From assembly GCA_910584155.1 (NCBI GenBank), contig CAJTYG010000007.1:65848-129847 (forward strand): a DNA stretch of 64,000 bases, given 5' to 3'. The translations under genes were made by a program, and so were the position numbers. Source of the DNA: an uncultured Christensenella sp. (GTDB taxonomy: Bacteria; Bacillota; Clostridia; Christensenellales; CAG-917). The notes under the pieces are model-generated. The model saw only the letters and a program-made list of their open reading frames with translations, did no database searches and was not told the origin of the DNA. Positions 21,217-31,041 of the stretch are shown here, in pieces. Numbering within the stretch: the first letter of the stretch is position 1; every line of letters begins with the position of its first letter.

Positions 21217-22353
21217 ATGGCAAGTAATTATTATGAAATTTTAGGCGTCGGCAAGACGGCGACGGCGGACGAAATAAAGTCCGCCTACCGCAAGCTGGCA
21301 AAAAAATATCATCCCGACCTGTACACAAGCGCAAGCGAGGCGGAAAAGAAAAACGCTGAGGAAAAGTTTAAGGAAGTAAACCACGCATACGAGGTGCTGT
21401 CCGACGATCAAAAGCGCAAGATGTATGACGCTTACGGCGACGAAAACGGTCCGCAGGCAGGCGCAGGCGGCTTTGGAGGCTTCAGCAGCGCAGGCGGTTT
21501 CGGCTTTGACGTGGACGATATCTTTTCAACTATCTTCAGCGGCTTTGGCGGAGGCTCCCGCTCCCGTAACGAGAATGCGCCGAGAAGAGGACAGGATATC
21601 CTTAAAAATATCACGCTTACGTTTGAGGAAGCTGTGTTCGGTGTGCAAAAGACGGTCACGGTAAAGCGTGTGGAAAACTGCTCGCATTGTAGCGGCACTG
21701 GCGCAAAGGACGGCAAGGCATTTAAGGTGTGTACGCAGTGCAACGGCCGTGGCCGTGTCACTATGTCGCAGCGCACGCCCTTTGGCGTGATAAACACCGA
21801 AAGCGTATGCCCCACCTGCAAAGGTACGGGCAAGATAATCACCGAAAAATGTCCGCATTGCGGCGGTCAGGGACGTCAGGAGCAGACTCGTGAAATAAAG
21901 GTGAATATCCCCGCAGGCATTGACGCAGGGCAGCGCATAACCTACAGAGGCGAGGGACACGGCGGCATAAACGGCGGCGAAAAGGGAAGCCTTGTAGTTG
22001 AGGTGAATATCGCACCGCACAAGCTTTACACACGCAAGGGCTTTGACATCTATATGGATTTACCTATCAACGTGGTGGACGCAACGCTCGGCTGTACGGT
22101 GACCATTCCTACGCTTTACGGCACGCACGACCTCAAGATACCCGAAACAACGCAGAGCGGCACAGTTCTCAAGGTGAAAAATGCCGGCATAAAGCATTTG
22201 AGAGGCGCCGACAAGGGCGATATGTTTGTCAAAATAGTGGTGGAAGTGCCAAAGTCCGTCACCCGTGAGCAAAAGGAATTGCTCAAAAAGCTTTCGGATA
22301 CGTTTGAGGATAAGCAGTTCCCCATACAAAAGGCATACAACGCTAAAAAATAA
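21217..22353 (+). CDS. dnaJ: Co-chaperone DnaJ
   Basis: J domain (YYEILGV...KKYHPD), G/F region, and four CxxCxGxG zinc motifs. Confidence 0.97.
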   Translation: MASNYYEILGVGKTATADEIKSAYRKLAKKYHPDLYTSASEAEKKNAEEKFKEVNHAYEVLSDDQKRKMYDAYGDENGPQAGAGGFGGFSSAGGFGFDVDDIFSTIFSGFGGGSRSRNENAPRRGQDILKNITLTFEEAVFGVQKTVTVKRVENCSHCSGTGAKDGKAFKVCTQCNGRGRVTMSQRTPFGVINTESVCPTCKGTGKIITEKCPHCGGQGRQEQTREIKVNIPAGIDAGQRITYRGEGHGGINGGEKGSLVVEVNIAPHKLYTRKGFDIYMDLPINVVDATLGCTVTIPTLYGTHDLKIPETTQSGTVLKVKNAGIKHLRGADKGDMFVKIVVEVPKSVTREQKELLKKLSDTFEDKQFPIQKAYNAKK

Positions 22354-22403
22354 CAGACGGCGGACGTCTATGCCTTGGCGTGAGCGGGCATAAAGGATAC
22401 ATA

Positions 22404-23315
22404 ATGAAATATAAAACTATCACGGTTTTTACAAGCCATCAGGACGCCGACCTCGTCTCGTCAGCTATGTTTGACGTAGGCGCAGGCGGCGTTTCCATTC
22501 TTGACAAGCAGGACTTTTTGGATCTTATCAAGTCGGACGTGATATGGGACTACGTTGACGAGGACGTTCTGCTTGCAGGCGACGACGTAAAGGTGTCCAC
22601 CGTGACGGATATTGACGACAACGAATTTGCGGCAAGGCTCATAGATCGATTGCAGCAGATGAAAGAGGACGGCGGAATATGTTACGGCGAGATAATAACA
22701 GACGAAATCGACGCCGCCGACTATGAAAACGAGTGGAAAAAATACTATAAGCCCATAGTTACAAAGCACGTGACTATTGTGCCCACTTGGATAAAATATG
22801 CGCCGAGCGAGGGCGAAAGGATAATGCGCCTCGATCCCGGAATGGCGTTTGGCACGGGCTCGCACGCAACTACACGTATGTGCCTCGATTTGCTTGACGT
22901 TGAGGGCAAGGACGTCATAGACGTGGGCTGCGGCAGCGGAATACTTGGCATAGCGGCGGCGCTTTGCGGCGCAAAAAGCGTATATATGTGCGATATTGAC
23001 GGGCAAGCCGTCGAGTTCGCAAGGCGCAATGCGGCACTTAACGAGGTGAACGCTACAATCGAGTGCGCAGACCTGCTTGTAGGCAAGCGCACCGCCGACG
23101 TGGTGATCGCAAATATCACGGCGGATATACTTATGCGGCTGTCAAACGACATCGGCAAGCATTTGAGAGAGGGCGGACGTATTGTGCTAAGCGGCATAAT
23201 TGACAGCAGGCTTGACGAAGTTATCGCTTGCTATGAAAAGGCGGGTTACATGGTGCTTGAAAAACGTGCGCAGGACGACTGGCGAGCGCTCGTTTTAAAA
23301 AGAATAAGCGATTAG
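22404..23315 (+). CDS. prmA: Ribosomal protein L11 methyltransferase
   Basis: DPGMAFGTGSHATT and DVGCGSGILGIAA motifs. Position after dnaJ. ATG at 22404 preferred over the GTG at 22380. Confidence 0.9.
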   Translation: MKYKTITVFTSHQDADLVSSAMFDVGAGGVSILDKQDFLDLIKSDVIWDYVDEDVLLAGDDVKVSTVTDIDDNEFAARLIDRLQQMKEDGGICYGEIITDEIDAADYENEWKKYYKPIVTKHVTIVPTWIKYAPSEGERIMRLDPGMAFGTGSHATTRMCLDLLDVEGKDVIDVGCGSGILGIAAALCGAKSVYMCDIDGQAVEFARRNAALNEVNATIECADLLVGKRTADVVIANITADILMRLSNDIGKHLREGGRIVLSGIIDSRLDEVIACYEKAGYMVLEKRAQDDWRALVLKRISD

Positions 23316-23318
23316 AAT

Positions 23319-24038
23319 ATGGAAATACGCAGATTTTTTGTAGCTAAACAGGATATTGCAGGCAGCGTCGTCACGCTTTGCGGCGACGAGTTTGTCCATA
23401 TGACAAAGGTGCTTAGATATAAAGTAGGTTACAAGGCTATCGTTTGCGCAAACGACGGGATAGAACATATCTGCACGGTCAGCGAAATAGGCAAAGATTT
23501 TGCCAAGCTGAATATCGACGAAAGCAAAGTAGTAGATAGAAAATCTGTGGAAATAACGCTCTTTGCAGGTCTGCTTAAAAACAATAAGCTTGATTTTGCC
23601 GTGCAAAAGGCGGTGGAGCTTGGCGTGGACAGAATTATTCCGTTTACGTCCGCAAACTGTGCGGAAAATAAATTTTCGCAGGATAGGGCAAATAAAATCG
23701 CTCTCGAGGCAGGCAAGCAATGCGGCTCGGCATATATCAGCGAGGTTGGCGAGCTTATAGATTTTGACAGCCTTATAAAAAGGCTTAAGGACTTTGACGA
23801 CGTTATCTTTGCCTATGAGTTTGAAAAGGAACATTCTGTCAATCAGTGCCTGCCAAAGGGAAAGAAAATAGCCTTGATAGTAGGCCCCGAGGGCGGCTTT
23901 CAGCCCGACGAGGCAAAACGTATAAAGGATGTTGGCGCAAAGACCGTGTCGCTCGGGCGACGCATACTCAGAGCGGAAACAGCATCTATTATTTTGAGTG
24001 CGCTCATTCTGTACGGACTCGGCGAGCTCAACTGCTGA
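23319..24038 (+). CDS. rsmE: 16S rRNA (uracil1498-N3)-methyltransferase RsmE
   Basis: MxRFFV N-terminus, KLDFAVQKAVELGV, and the IVGPEGGF...LGRRILRAETA SPOUT knot motif. Confidence 0.9.
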   Translation: MEIRRFFVAKQDIAGSVVTLCGDEFVHMTKVLRYKVGYKAIVCANDGIEHICTVSEIGKDFAKLNIDESKVVDRKSVEITLFAGLLKNNKLDFAVQKAVELGVDRIIPFTSANCAENKFSQDRANKIALEAGKQCGSAYISEVGELIDFDSLIKRLKDFDDVIFAYEFEKEHSVNQCLPKGKKIALIVGPEGGFQPDEAKRIKDVGAKTVSLGRRILRAETASIILSALILYGLGELNC

Positions 24039-24066
24039 AAAGCAGTTTATAAGATAAGGGGATATT

Positions 24067-25356
24067 ATGTCACAAAACAAGTTGCCCAAAATTGCGGTGG
24101 TCACGCTTGGGTGTAAGGTCAATCAATACGACGGCGACGCTATGCTTGCCATTTTCAACGAAGCGGGTTTCGAGGTCGCCGAAGGGTTTGAGGCAGCGGA
24201 TATATATGTGCTAAACACCTGCGCCGTAACCGCCGAGGCGGAAAAAAAGTCACGGCAGGCTGTGTCGAGACTGCTTAAGCTCAATCCGTCGGCGAGCGTA
24301 TACGTATGCGGTTGCGCATCGCAAAACAACTTTTTGCAGTTTGCCAAAAGCGGAGTGCAGTTTATATCGGGCACGGACGGCAAGACGAGGCTTGCAAGAG
24401 AGATAGTCGCAAAATATACAAGCGATAAAGACTTTATTGCCTGCGTCGCAGAGGAAAGCCGATTTAAAATATCAAACGAATTTGAGGATAACGACGGCGT
24501 ATACAACCTGCGCACACGCCATTTCATAAAGGTGCAGGACGGTTGCGACAACTATTGCAATTACTGCCTCATTCCGTATCTTAGAGGACACAGCAGGTCA
24601 CGCTCTATCGACAGTATTCTGCGTGAGCTTGACAGCGTAAAAAGCGTCGTGAAAGAAGTCGTTGTTACGGGCATAAATCTTTCCGCTTACGGGCTTGACT
24701 CAGGCAGCAGCCTGACAGAGCTAATTTTAAAGCTCAAAAGGTATCCGAGCCTGCGCATACGCTTGGGCTCGCTTGAGGTGGGCGTTATAACTGAAGAATT
24801 TTTGCAGGCTACAAAGCAGCTAAAGCATTTTTGTCCGCACTTTCATCTGTCCCTGCAGAGCGGCGACGACAGCGTTTTGCTTGCTATGAACAGACACTAT
24901 AACACCGCCGAGTATCTTGCGGCAGTGAATATGATACGCCGCTATTATCCGTCGGCGTCAATAACTACGGATATCATAGTGGGCTATCCCACAGAGACGG
25001 AAGAGATGTTTGAAAACAGCATGGCGTTTGCAAGAAAGGTGGGCTTTTCGGACATACACGTGTTTTCGTACTCGTCACGTCGTGGCACCGTCGCAGGCAG
25101 AATGCCCGTGCTTCCCGCAAGTACGGTCGCCGACAGACAGTGCAGGCTGAGCGCAGTCAAGCGTGAGCTTGTGGGCAATTATCTCAACACCTGTATAGGT
25201 ATGCCGCAGCAGGTTTTGTTTGAAACGGAAACGGACGGACTGTGGGTAGGGCATACGCCAAACTACGTCAAGGTGTATTCACGCTCGGGCAAGCACAACG
25301 TAGTGCGCACCATTACGCCAAAGCGCAGATATGAGGACGGACTCATAGACGAATAA
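24067..25356 (+). CDS. mtaB: Radical-SAM methylthiotransferase, MtaB-type (tRNA ms2t6A)
   Basis: N-terminal LGCKVNQYD...NTCAV cluster, radical-SAM CDNYCNYC motif and TRAM-like C-terminus. Synteny matches yqeV. Confidence 0.85.
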   Translation: MSQNKLPKIAVVTLGCKVNQYDGDAMLAIFNEAGFEVAEGFEAADIYVLNTCAVTAEAEKKSRQAVSRLLKLNPSASVYVCGCASQNNFLQFAKSGVQFISGTDGKTRLAREIVAKYTSDKDFIACVAEESRFKISNEFEDNDGVYNLRTRHFIKVQDGCDNYCNYCLIPYLRGHSRSRSIDSILRELDSVKSVVKEVVVTGINLSAYGLDSGSSLTELILKLKRYPSLRIRLGSLEVGVITEEFLQATKQLKHFCPHFHLSLQSGDDSVLLAMNRHYNTAEYLAAVNMIRRYYPSASITTDIIVGYPTETEEMFENSMAFARKVGFSDIHVFSYSSRRGTVAGRMPVLPASTVADRQCRLSAVKRELVGNYLNTCIGMPQQVLFETETDGLWVGHTPNYVKVYSRSGKHNVVRTITPKRRYEDGLIDE

Positions 25357-25395
25357 AATTTATTTCGCCGCAAATACGGCACAAAGGAGAATTAT

Positions 25396-25737
25396 ATGGA
25401 AAACTGCATCTTTTGCAAAATAATCAAGGGTGAGATACCTTCCGCCAAAATCTATGAGGATGAGGATATGCTCATCATAAAGGACGTAAATCCGCAAGCA
25501 AAGATACACTATCTGCTTTTGCCTAAGCAGCACTTTGCAAACATCGTCGAGATGACCGACGCTCAGGCGCAAACGCTTGCGAGGTGTATAAAGAAGTTGT
25601 CAAATATGGTTGACGAGCTCGGCTTGCAGGACGGCTTCCGCCTTGTGTCAAACAAGGGTGCGCACGCCTGTCAATCGGTTGAGCACCTGCATATACACAT
25701 TTTGGGCGGTCAGCAGCTTGACGACAGAATGTGCTGA
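25396..25737 (+). CDS. HIT-family nucleotide hydrolase
   Basis: CIFCKII...HLHIHILGG histidine-triad motif. Confidence 0.9.
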   Translation: MENCIFCKIIKGEIPSAKIYEDEDMLIIKDVNPQAKIHYLLLPKQHFANIVEMTDAQAQTLARCIKKLSNMVDELGLQDGFRLVSNKGAHACQSVEHLHIHILGGQQLDDRMC

Positions 25738-25765
25738 TAATTTGTTTAAGCATTAAAAATCATTT

Positions 25766-25795
25766 AAACTCTGTCTGAAACGGCAGAGTTTTTAT
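25766..25795 (+). terminator. Intrinsic terminator after the HIT gene
   Basis: AAACTCTGTC-tgaaac-GGCAGAGTTT followed by TTATTT. Confidence 0.8.
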
Positions 25796-25882
25796 TTAAA
25801 TATTTATATTTAAATAGCTCGGTTATGCGGCTAAAATATATAAAATCGGTGAATTTTTTTTGAAATCTTTTGCATATAATGT

Positions 25883-25911
25883 TTGACAGGACATCGATCC
25901 CGTGATATGAT
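25883..25911 (+). promoter_or_regulatory. Sigma-A-type promoter of the riboswitch-ABC transporter operon
   Basis: TTGACA-17 nt-TATGAT. Confidence 0.75.
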
Positions 25912-25923
25912 GTCCACATAATT

Positions 25924-26082
25924 GGATAGAGGTCGTGGTTTTCATGACAAGTTTACGTGGTCAGACAACACGTTTACGGTAAAGGGAAAATCACCGAAGT
26001 GCAATCGATCTGTCTGAGGAAAGATTGTGCTGGGACGGCATAAAATATGTGTCGGACTGTCACGCAAGTGGAGAGCTATCGA
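25924..26082 (+). promoter_or_regulatory. Lysine riboswitch (L-box) aptamer
   Basis: The hallmark L-box blocks appear in the correct order: GATAGAGGTCG..., GTAAAGGGAAAATCACCGAAG, TGCTGGG, GGACTGTCACGCAAGTGGAGAGCTATC. Confidence 0.85.
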
Positions 26083-26095
26083 TATTGTTGTTTTT

Positions 26096-26134
26096 TCCGC
26101 AATATTGCATCTCGCTTGTTGCGGATTTTTTATT
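26096..26134 (+). terminator. Riboswitch expression-platform terminator
   Basis: TCCGCAA...TTGCGGA stem followed by TTTTTTATTT, about 60 nt upstream of the transporter ATG. Confidence 0.75.
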
Positions 26135-26192
26135 TGCAGCAGGCAAAGCAAGCTTCTAACTCCGATTAAATAATTTTTTTGGAGCGATCAAA

Positions 26193-27056
26193 ATGAAAAC
26201 AACCTTTAAAAGAGCAATCTGTTTGGTGCTTATGCTTTGTTTGGCAACTGCGTTTTGCGTATCTCTTGCCGCATGCGACAGGACAAGAGACGACGGCAAG
26301 CTTTACGTGGGGCTTGAGTGCGCATATTCGCCATTCAACTATACGCAGCTTGACGACAGCAACGGGGCAGTGAAAATTTCAAATGCGGACGGCTATGCAA
26401 ACGGCTATGACATTATGATAGCAAAGCGCATTGCGCAGGCTCTTGGCAAAGAGCTTGTCATCTGCAAATACGAGTGGGACGCACTTGTGCCCGCTGTCGT
26501 ATCCGGTGCGCTCGATTTTGTCATCGCAGGTATGAGCCCGACCGCTAAGAGGCTTGAAGCGATAGATTTTTCGGACCCGTATTATCAAAGCAATCTCGTT
26601 ATAGTCGTGCGCAAGGACAATGCGGCACTCAGCAACGCTACATCTCTTGCCGACTTTGCGGGCACAACTATCGTGGCGCAAAGCGGAACCTTCCACGACG
26701 ACGCTTTGAGGGAGCAGGGAGCTACCTACGGTATCACAAGATATACGCCTATGGCAGACTTCCCCGCAATGATAAACGCTCTCAACGCACGTGCCGTTGA
26801 CGGATATATTGCAGAGGAACCGGGCGCTATTGAAAACTGTGCTTCAAATTCCGATTTCACATACGTACACCTTGTAAACAATCAGACAGGCTTTGCCGCA
26901 ACGGACGAAAATACGGCGATCGCAGTCGGTATGAAAAAGGGCAGCAGTATCAAGGACGCCGTAAACGAAGCTTTGGCTGCTATAATTCAAAGCGAACGTA
27001 ATCAGATGATGGAGCAGGCAATAGCGCTTGCGTCGGGCGGAAACATAGTGGAATAA
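26193..27056 (+). CDS. Amino-acid ABC transporter substrate-binding lipoprotein (family 3 SBP), probably for lysine
   Basis: Signal peptide with an LAAC lipobox. SBP_bac_3-like motifs (DFVIAGMSPTAKR, DGYIAEEP). Located downstream of the L-box. Confidence 0.85.
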   Translation: MKTTFKRAICLVLMLCLATAFCVSLAACDRTRDDGKLYVGLECAYSPFNYTQLDDSNGAVKISNADGYANGYDIMIAKRIAQALGKELVICKYEWDALVPAVVSGALDFVIAGMSPTAKRLEAIDFSDPYYQSNLVIVVRKDNAALSNATSLADFAGTTIVAQSGTFHDDALREQGATYGITRYTPMADFPAMINALNARAVDGYIAEEPGAIENCASNSDFTYVHLVNNQTGFAATDENTAIAVGMKKGSSIKDAVNEALAAIIQSERNQMMEQAIALASGGNIVE

Positions 27057-27117
27057 TAATTTCACGACAGGCACTTAAACCGTTTGTTTTGTGTCTATAA
27101 ACAAGGAATTCGGTCAA

Positions 27118-27879
27118 ATGATAATAGATATTTTAAAAGAGTATTATCCGCTTATATTCAAGGGCGTGGGATATACGATGTTGATAGCCATAGCAGGCAC
27201 TATTATAGGCTTGCTAATAGGCTTGCTCATCGGTGTGTATCGCACCATTCCTACGCCTCGCAATAAAGCGCTTAGGATTTTGAAAAAGATAGGCGATTTT
27301 ATTCTGTCCGCATATATAGAGGTTTTCAGAGGCACTCCTATGATGGTGCAGGCGCTCGTTATCTTTTGGGGCTTTGCGCTGTTAAACGGCGGTCAGACCT
27401 TAAACGTGACCTTCAGTGCGCTGCTTATCGTGTCCATAAATACGGGCGCATATATGGCGGAAATCGTGCGAGGTGGAATAATATCCATAGACAAGGGACA
27501 GTTCGAGGGTGCTCAGGCAATAGGCATGGGACACGGAAAAACTATGTTCTATATCGTAATTCCGCAGGCGCTGCGCAATATTTTGCCAAGCGTGAGCAAT
27601 GAGTTTATCATAAACATAAAGGATACGTCGGTGCTCAACGTCATCGGGTTTACAGAGCTGTTCTTTCAGGCGAAAACCATTGTCAGCATAAACTATCAGA
27701 CCTTTGCGACGTATCTGCTTGTGGCGATAGTGTATTTTGTGCTTACGTTTTCAATAAGCCTGCTGCTTCGCTTTATCGAGAGAAAGATGGACGGCAAAAA
27801 GCACTTTACTATACTCGGCTCGCAAAGCGACAGGGCAAGCGTAGTTGCACAAAACAGCGGAGGTGGCTCAAATGAATGA
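27118..27879 (+). CDS. Amino-acid ABC transporter permease (His/Glu/Gln/Arg family)
   Basis: [11 protein letters not shown] and EAA-loop-like [28 protein letters not shown]. The ATG at 27118 lies 10 nt after AAGGA. The GTG at 27091 in the track is an alternative start. Confidence 0.85.
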   Translation: MIIDILKEYYPLIFKGVGYTMLIAIAGTIIGLLIGLLIGVYRTIPTPRNKALRILKKIGDFILSAYIEVFRGTPMMVQALVIFWGFALLNGGQTLNVTFSALLIVSINTGAYMAEIVRGGIISIDKGQFEGAQAIGMGHGKTMFYIVIPQALRNILPSVSNEFIINIKDTSVLNVIGFTELFFQAKTIVSINYQTFATYLLVAIVYFVLTFSISLLLRFIERKMDGKKHFTILGSQSDRASVVAQNSGGGSNE

Positions 27880-28711
27880 AAATTTAAACAAAGACCTTAT
27901 AGACAGCACGGGCGTGACCTCCGAATGCGATGTTGTAAACTCAGAGCAAGGCGGCGAAACTGTCACATTAGAAGGCGGCAATGACATAATAAGTATAGAG
28001 CACCTTGAAAAATGCTTCGGCGATCACGAGGTTTTAAAAAACATAGATTTCACCGTAAGGCAGGGCGACGTCACCTGCATAATCGGTCCGTCCGGCAGCG
28101 GCAAAAGTACGTTGCTCAGATGTATCAATCTGTTTGAGGAGCCTACGGGAGGACGTATTCTCTTTCACGGTGAAGACATCATGCTCACAAAAAAGGTGTC
28201 GCAGTATCGCCGTAAGGTGGGAATGGTGTTTCAGTCCTTCAATCTGTTCAACAACTATTCGGTACTCGGCAACTGTACGATAGGCTTGCGTAAGATACTG
28301 CATATGAAAAAAGCGGAAGCGGAAAAGGTAGCAATGGATTATCTTGCAAGCGTAGGTATGGCTGCATATATCAAGGCTCGACCAAAGCAGTTGAGCGGCG
28401 GTCAGAAGCAACGTGTCGCAATCGCAAGAGCGCTGTGTATGCAGCCCGAAGTCATATTGTTTGACGAACCTACGAGTGCGCTCGATCCCGAGATGACGGG
28501 CGAGGTGCTTGCAGTCATGCAAAAGCTCGCCAAAAGCGGACTTACGATGATAGTCGTCACGCACGAGATGTCGTTTGCCAAGGACGTCGCTCATAAGGTG
28601 GTGTTTATGGACGACGGATATATCGTCGAAGAAGGCTCGCCCGAGGATATTTTCGATCACCCTCAAAACGAGCGTACAAAGGAATTTTTAAATACGGATA
28701 AAAAACAGTGA
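27872..28711 (+). CDS. Amino-acid ABC transporter ATP-binding protein with an N-terminal extension of about 45 aa
   Basis: Walker [10 protein letters not shown], signature LSGGQKQRV, and Walker [12 protein letters not shown]. The ATG at 27872 follows GGAGGTGG. Confidence 0.9.
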   Translation: MNENLNKDLIDSTGVTSECDVVNSEQGGETVTLEGGNDIISIEHLEKCFGDHEVLKNIDFTVRQGDVTCIIGPSGSGKSTLLRCINLFEEPTGGRILFHGEDIMLTKKVSQYRRKVGMVFQSFNLFNNYSVLGNCTIGLRKILHMKKAEAEKVAMDYLASVGMAAYIKARPKQLSGGQKQRVAIARALCMQPEVILFDEPTSALDPEMTGEVLAVMQKLAKSGLTMIVVTHEMSFAKDVAHKVVFMDDGYIVEEGSPEDIFDHPQNERTKEFLNTDKKQ

Positions 28712-29006
28712 GCAATCGCCGCCGTCTGTATATCAGTTGCAATTTGCTTTAACAAAATACACTCTGAGCAGTGCGGTATTTAAAGTGTAGCTACATACAT
28801 AGACGGCGGCTTGCGATAAACCATAACAGTATATTTTACTTTTACAATCTAAATTCGTGTTCACGCATATCAAGTATAACAGATATCTTAAACTCCGAGT
28901 TATATCATTTTTTGTATTTGTTCCTGTTTTATCATAAAAATGCACTTTCGTAAGTTTTGTCTAACTTTCGGGCGCATTTCAGTTAAACTTGTGGATTTTA
29001 CAATTT

Positions 29007-29261
29007 TTAGTCAACCGTCCATTTAAAATCATCTTTAAAATCCTCATAACACTGTTTACATATGAATCTGTATTTATCATCTGTGATATAACATATACCA
29101 TCACAATTCCCATCTATTTTTTCCATACAAAACTCACAGTGTTCATGCCATAATTCAGGTTGTTCTAATTGTTTAGAATAATTAGTAGGATTTATTTTGT
29201 TTAAATGAACACCTTTTAGATATTCATCTTGTCCCATTAACCGCCAATCACTTTCATTCAT
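29007..29261 (-). CDS. Small Cys-rich hypothetical protein (putative zinc binding)
   Basis: 84-aa ORF with AGGAGA 5 nt upstream. Contains a HEHCEFC...CDGIC...CKQC pattern. Sits in an AT-rich islet. Confidence 0.6.
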   Translation of the reverse strand: MNESDWRLMGQDEYLKGVHLNKINPTNYSKQLEQPELWHEHCEFCMEKIDGNCDGICYITDDKYRFICKQCYEDFKDDFKWTVD

Positions 29262-29331
29262 AATGATCTCCTACTTCTTAAATATTTTATCTAATTTCTT
29301 AAGTATTTCCCACCAAATTTTTCAAGTATCT

Positions 29332-30108
29332 CTATAATTCCAATTCTTGATTCTTTGCAAATTTGCAGGCAGGGTAGTTGGAACAGCCAAAAAACTCGCC
29401 GTATTCGCCTGTGCGTAATACAAGTCTTGCTCCGCACCTCGGGCATATCCCTTTTTCTATCGCTTTTTGCATTTTATGTATATTCTTGATATGTTCTTTT
29501 TTGCTTATATGTGATTTAGCTTTTAAATCTAAGAGTGCGTTATAATAGGTCTGCATTTGCTCGTCGGACAGCTTCACACCGGTGTAGGCGGTCTTTATCG
29601 CTTCAAGTTCACTCACTGAAATGACATAAGGGGAGTTTATTTTTGAAATATCCGCATTCTGCAAAAACACAACGACGTTTTGAAATATGCTCTTGTCCTT
29701 TATTTTCAACTGCTCTGCCAAGCGATAAATATGCGTGACGTTTTGTTTTATGGGATTGTAAAATTTGTTGATAATTTTGCCGTCCGCAAGACACTGCGTC
29801 CACTCACGGGCGTTTTCAACGCCGAAAATCGTTCCGGAATAATTTTTGGTTTCTATCACCCAAATGCCAAATCTGTTTATAAATACGTGATCTATCTGAC
29901 AGGAATGTCTGTCGTCGGAGCCGAATATCAAATCATTTATCACATATTGTACGCCGTCTATCGTGTCGCCCAAAATTTTTGCAACTATATGTTCTCCCTC
30001 GTCGCCTTTTGATTTTTTAAGTACGACGCATAAAACAGTTATGCCGACGGCAAGGGCGGCAGACAATATCAACGCCAATATGATGATCAGCAGTGTAAAA
30101 TTCATCAT
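29332..30108 (-). CDS. NERD-domain protein with an N-terminal TM helix and a C-terminal topoisomerase-type zinc finger
   Basis: GDEGEHIVAKIL...QIDHVFINRFGIWVIETKNYSG is NERD-like. C-terminal CPRCGARLVLRTGEYGEFFGCSNYPACKF. ATG at 30108 or 30105 preferred over the TTG at 30117. Confidence 0.75.
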   Translation of the reverse strand: MMNFTLLIIILALILSAALAVGITVLCVVLKKSKGDEGEHIVAKILGDTIDGVQYVINDLIFGSDDRHSCQIDHVFINRFGIWVIETKNYSGTIFGVENAREWTQCLADGKIINKFYNPIKQNVTHIYRLAEQLKIKDKSIFQNVVVFLQNADISKINSPYVISVSELEAIKTAYTGVKLSDEQMQTYYNALLDLKAKSHISKKEHIKNIHKMQKAIEKGICPRCGARLVLRTGEYGEFFGCSNYPACKFAKNQELEL

Positions 30109-30281
30109 TATCTCCAAAACGATAATTTAGCTATCAAATATTATAATTTAAGCGGTTGATTTTTGCAAGCGCAAGTATATATCGGCGGCGCAATTTTGCA
30201 AAAACAATAAATTCAAACGCATTTATATGCAGAATATAGAAATATCATATAAATAAAATCTTCATTTTGACTGCAAATTTA

Positions 30282-30309
30282 TTGACATTAGTGGAAAATA
30301 ATGTATAAT
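30282..30309 (+). promoter_or_regulatory. Sigma-A-type promoter for rpsU
   Basis: TTGACA-16 nt-TATAAT. Confidence 0.75.
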
Positions 30310-30336
30310 GAATAATACTGAATTTGCTTCAAGGAG

Positions 30337-30525
30337 GTGATAAAGATGTCTACAGTTAAAGTCGGTGAAAACGAAAGCCTTGACAATGCTATCCGCCGTT
30401 TCAAGAGAAAATGCGCACGTGACGGCATCATAGGCGACCTCCGTAAAAAGGAAGCATACGAAAAACCCAGCGTAAAGCGTAAGAAAAAAGCCGAGGCTGC
30501 TCGTAAGAGAATGTACAAATCATAA
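30337..30525 (+). CDS. rpsU: 30S ribosomal protein S21
   Basis: [27 protein letters not shown]...; 62 aa and basic. Confidence 0.95.
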   Translation: MIKMSTVKVGENESLDNAIRRFKRKCARDGIIGDLRKKEAYEKPSVKRKKKAEAARKRMYKS

Positions 30526-30554
30526 ACAGCTAAATTGCCACATCTGTGGCATAC

Positions 30555-30631
30555 GGAGGCATGGCTCAGTTGGTTAGAGCACACGGTTCACATCCGTGAG
30601 GTCACAGGTTCGAGTCCTGTTGCCTCCACCA
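30555..30631 (+). tRNA. tRNA-Val (anticodon CAC), CCA encoded
   Basis: A full cloverleaf can be drawn by hand: acceptor GGAGGCA/TGCCTCC, anticodon arm CACGG-TTCACAT-CCGTG, T arm ACAGG-TTCGAGT-CCTGT. Confidence 0.9.
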
Positions 30632-30664
30632 TACTGTTCCTATCCGAACACTGGTGGGATAAAT

Positions 30665-30692
30665 AAAAATCCGAATTGTCATTCGGATTTTT
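30665..30692. terminator. Bidirectional terminator between the two convergent tRNA genes
   Basis: AAAAATCCGAAT-tgtc-ATTCGGATTTTT. Confidence 0.8.
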
Positions 30693-30747
30693 ATTTTAGT
30701 TTTAAACTGAAAACCCAACCTTATTCGAATATCGATTAGGTTGGGTT

Positions 30748-30835
30748 TGGTGCCGGTGGTCGGACTCGAACCGACACGGATGATTAGTCCACAGGATTTT
30801 GAGTCCAGCGCGTCTGCCAGTTTCACCACACCGGC
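30748..30835 (-). tRNA. tRNA-Leu (anticodon CAA), type II with a long variable arm, CCA encoded
   Basis: The reverse complement gives GCCGGTG...CTGGA-CTCAAAA-TCCTG...GTCGG-TTCGAGT-CCGAC-CACCGGC-A-CCA. There is one U-U mismatch in the anticodon stem. Confidence 0.88.
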
Positions 30836-31041
30836 GCAAAATCTACTATATCATATTTGAGAGTTGTGCGCAACTGATTTTTGCCATAAATGTGATTTCT
30901 TTATATTAAGTGTATTGCGAAAAGAATTAAAGGTTTAAATATATTTAGAGGTGATAATTTGGCATATTGGGCGGCAGATGGGTTGACTTTTGGCGGTTTG
31001 CGGCGTATAATATTTGAATAATTATGCAATAGAGGTGTGAT

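Noticed and set aside
28712-28817. Long-range inverted repeat right after the ABC ATPase stop. GCCGCCGTCT at 28718-28727 pairs with AGACGGCGGC at 28801-28810, plus flanking partial pairs and a loop of about 65 nt.
   Set aside because: There is no U-tract and no second copy in the window, so it cannot be called a terminator, a REP element or an att site. It may simply mark the operon end or the islet boundary. It is noted but unsupported.
30602-30829. 75-aa minus-strand ORF (MVKLADALDSKSCG...).
   Set aside because: It is the translation of the tRNA-Leu gene and the inter-tRNA terminator region. The tRNA cloverleaf explains the sequence.
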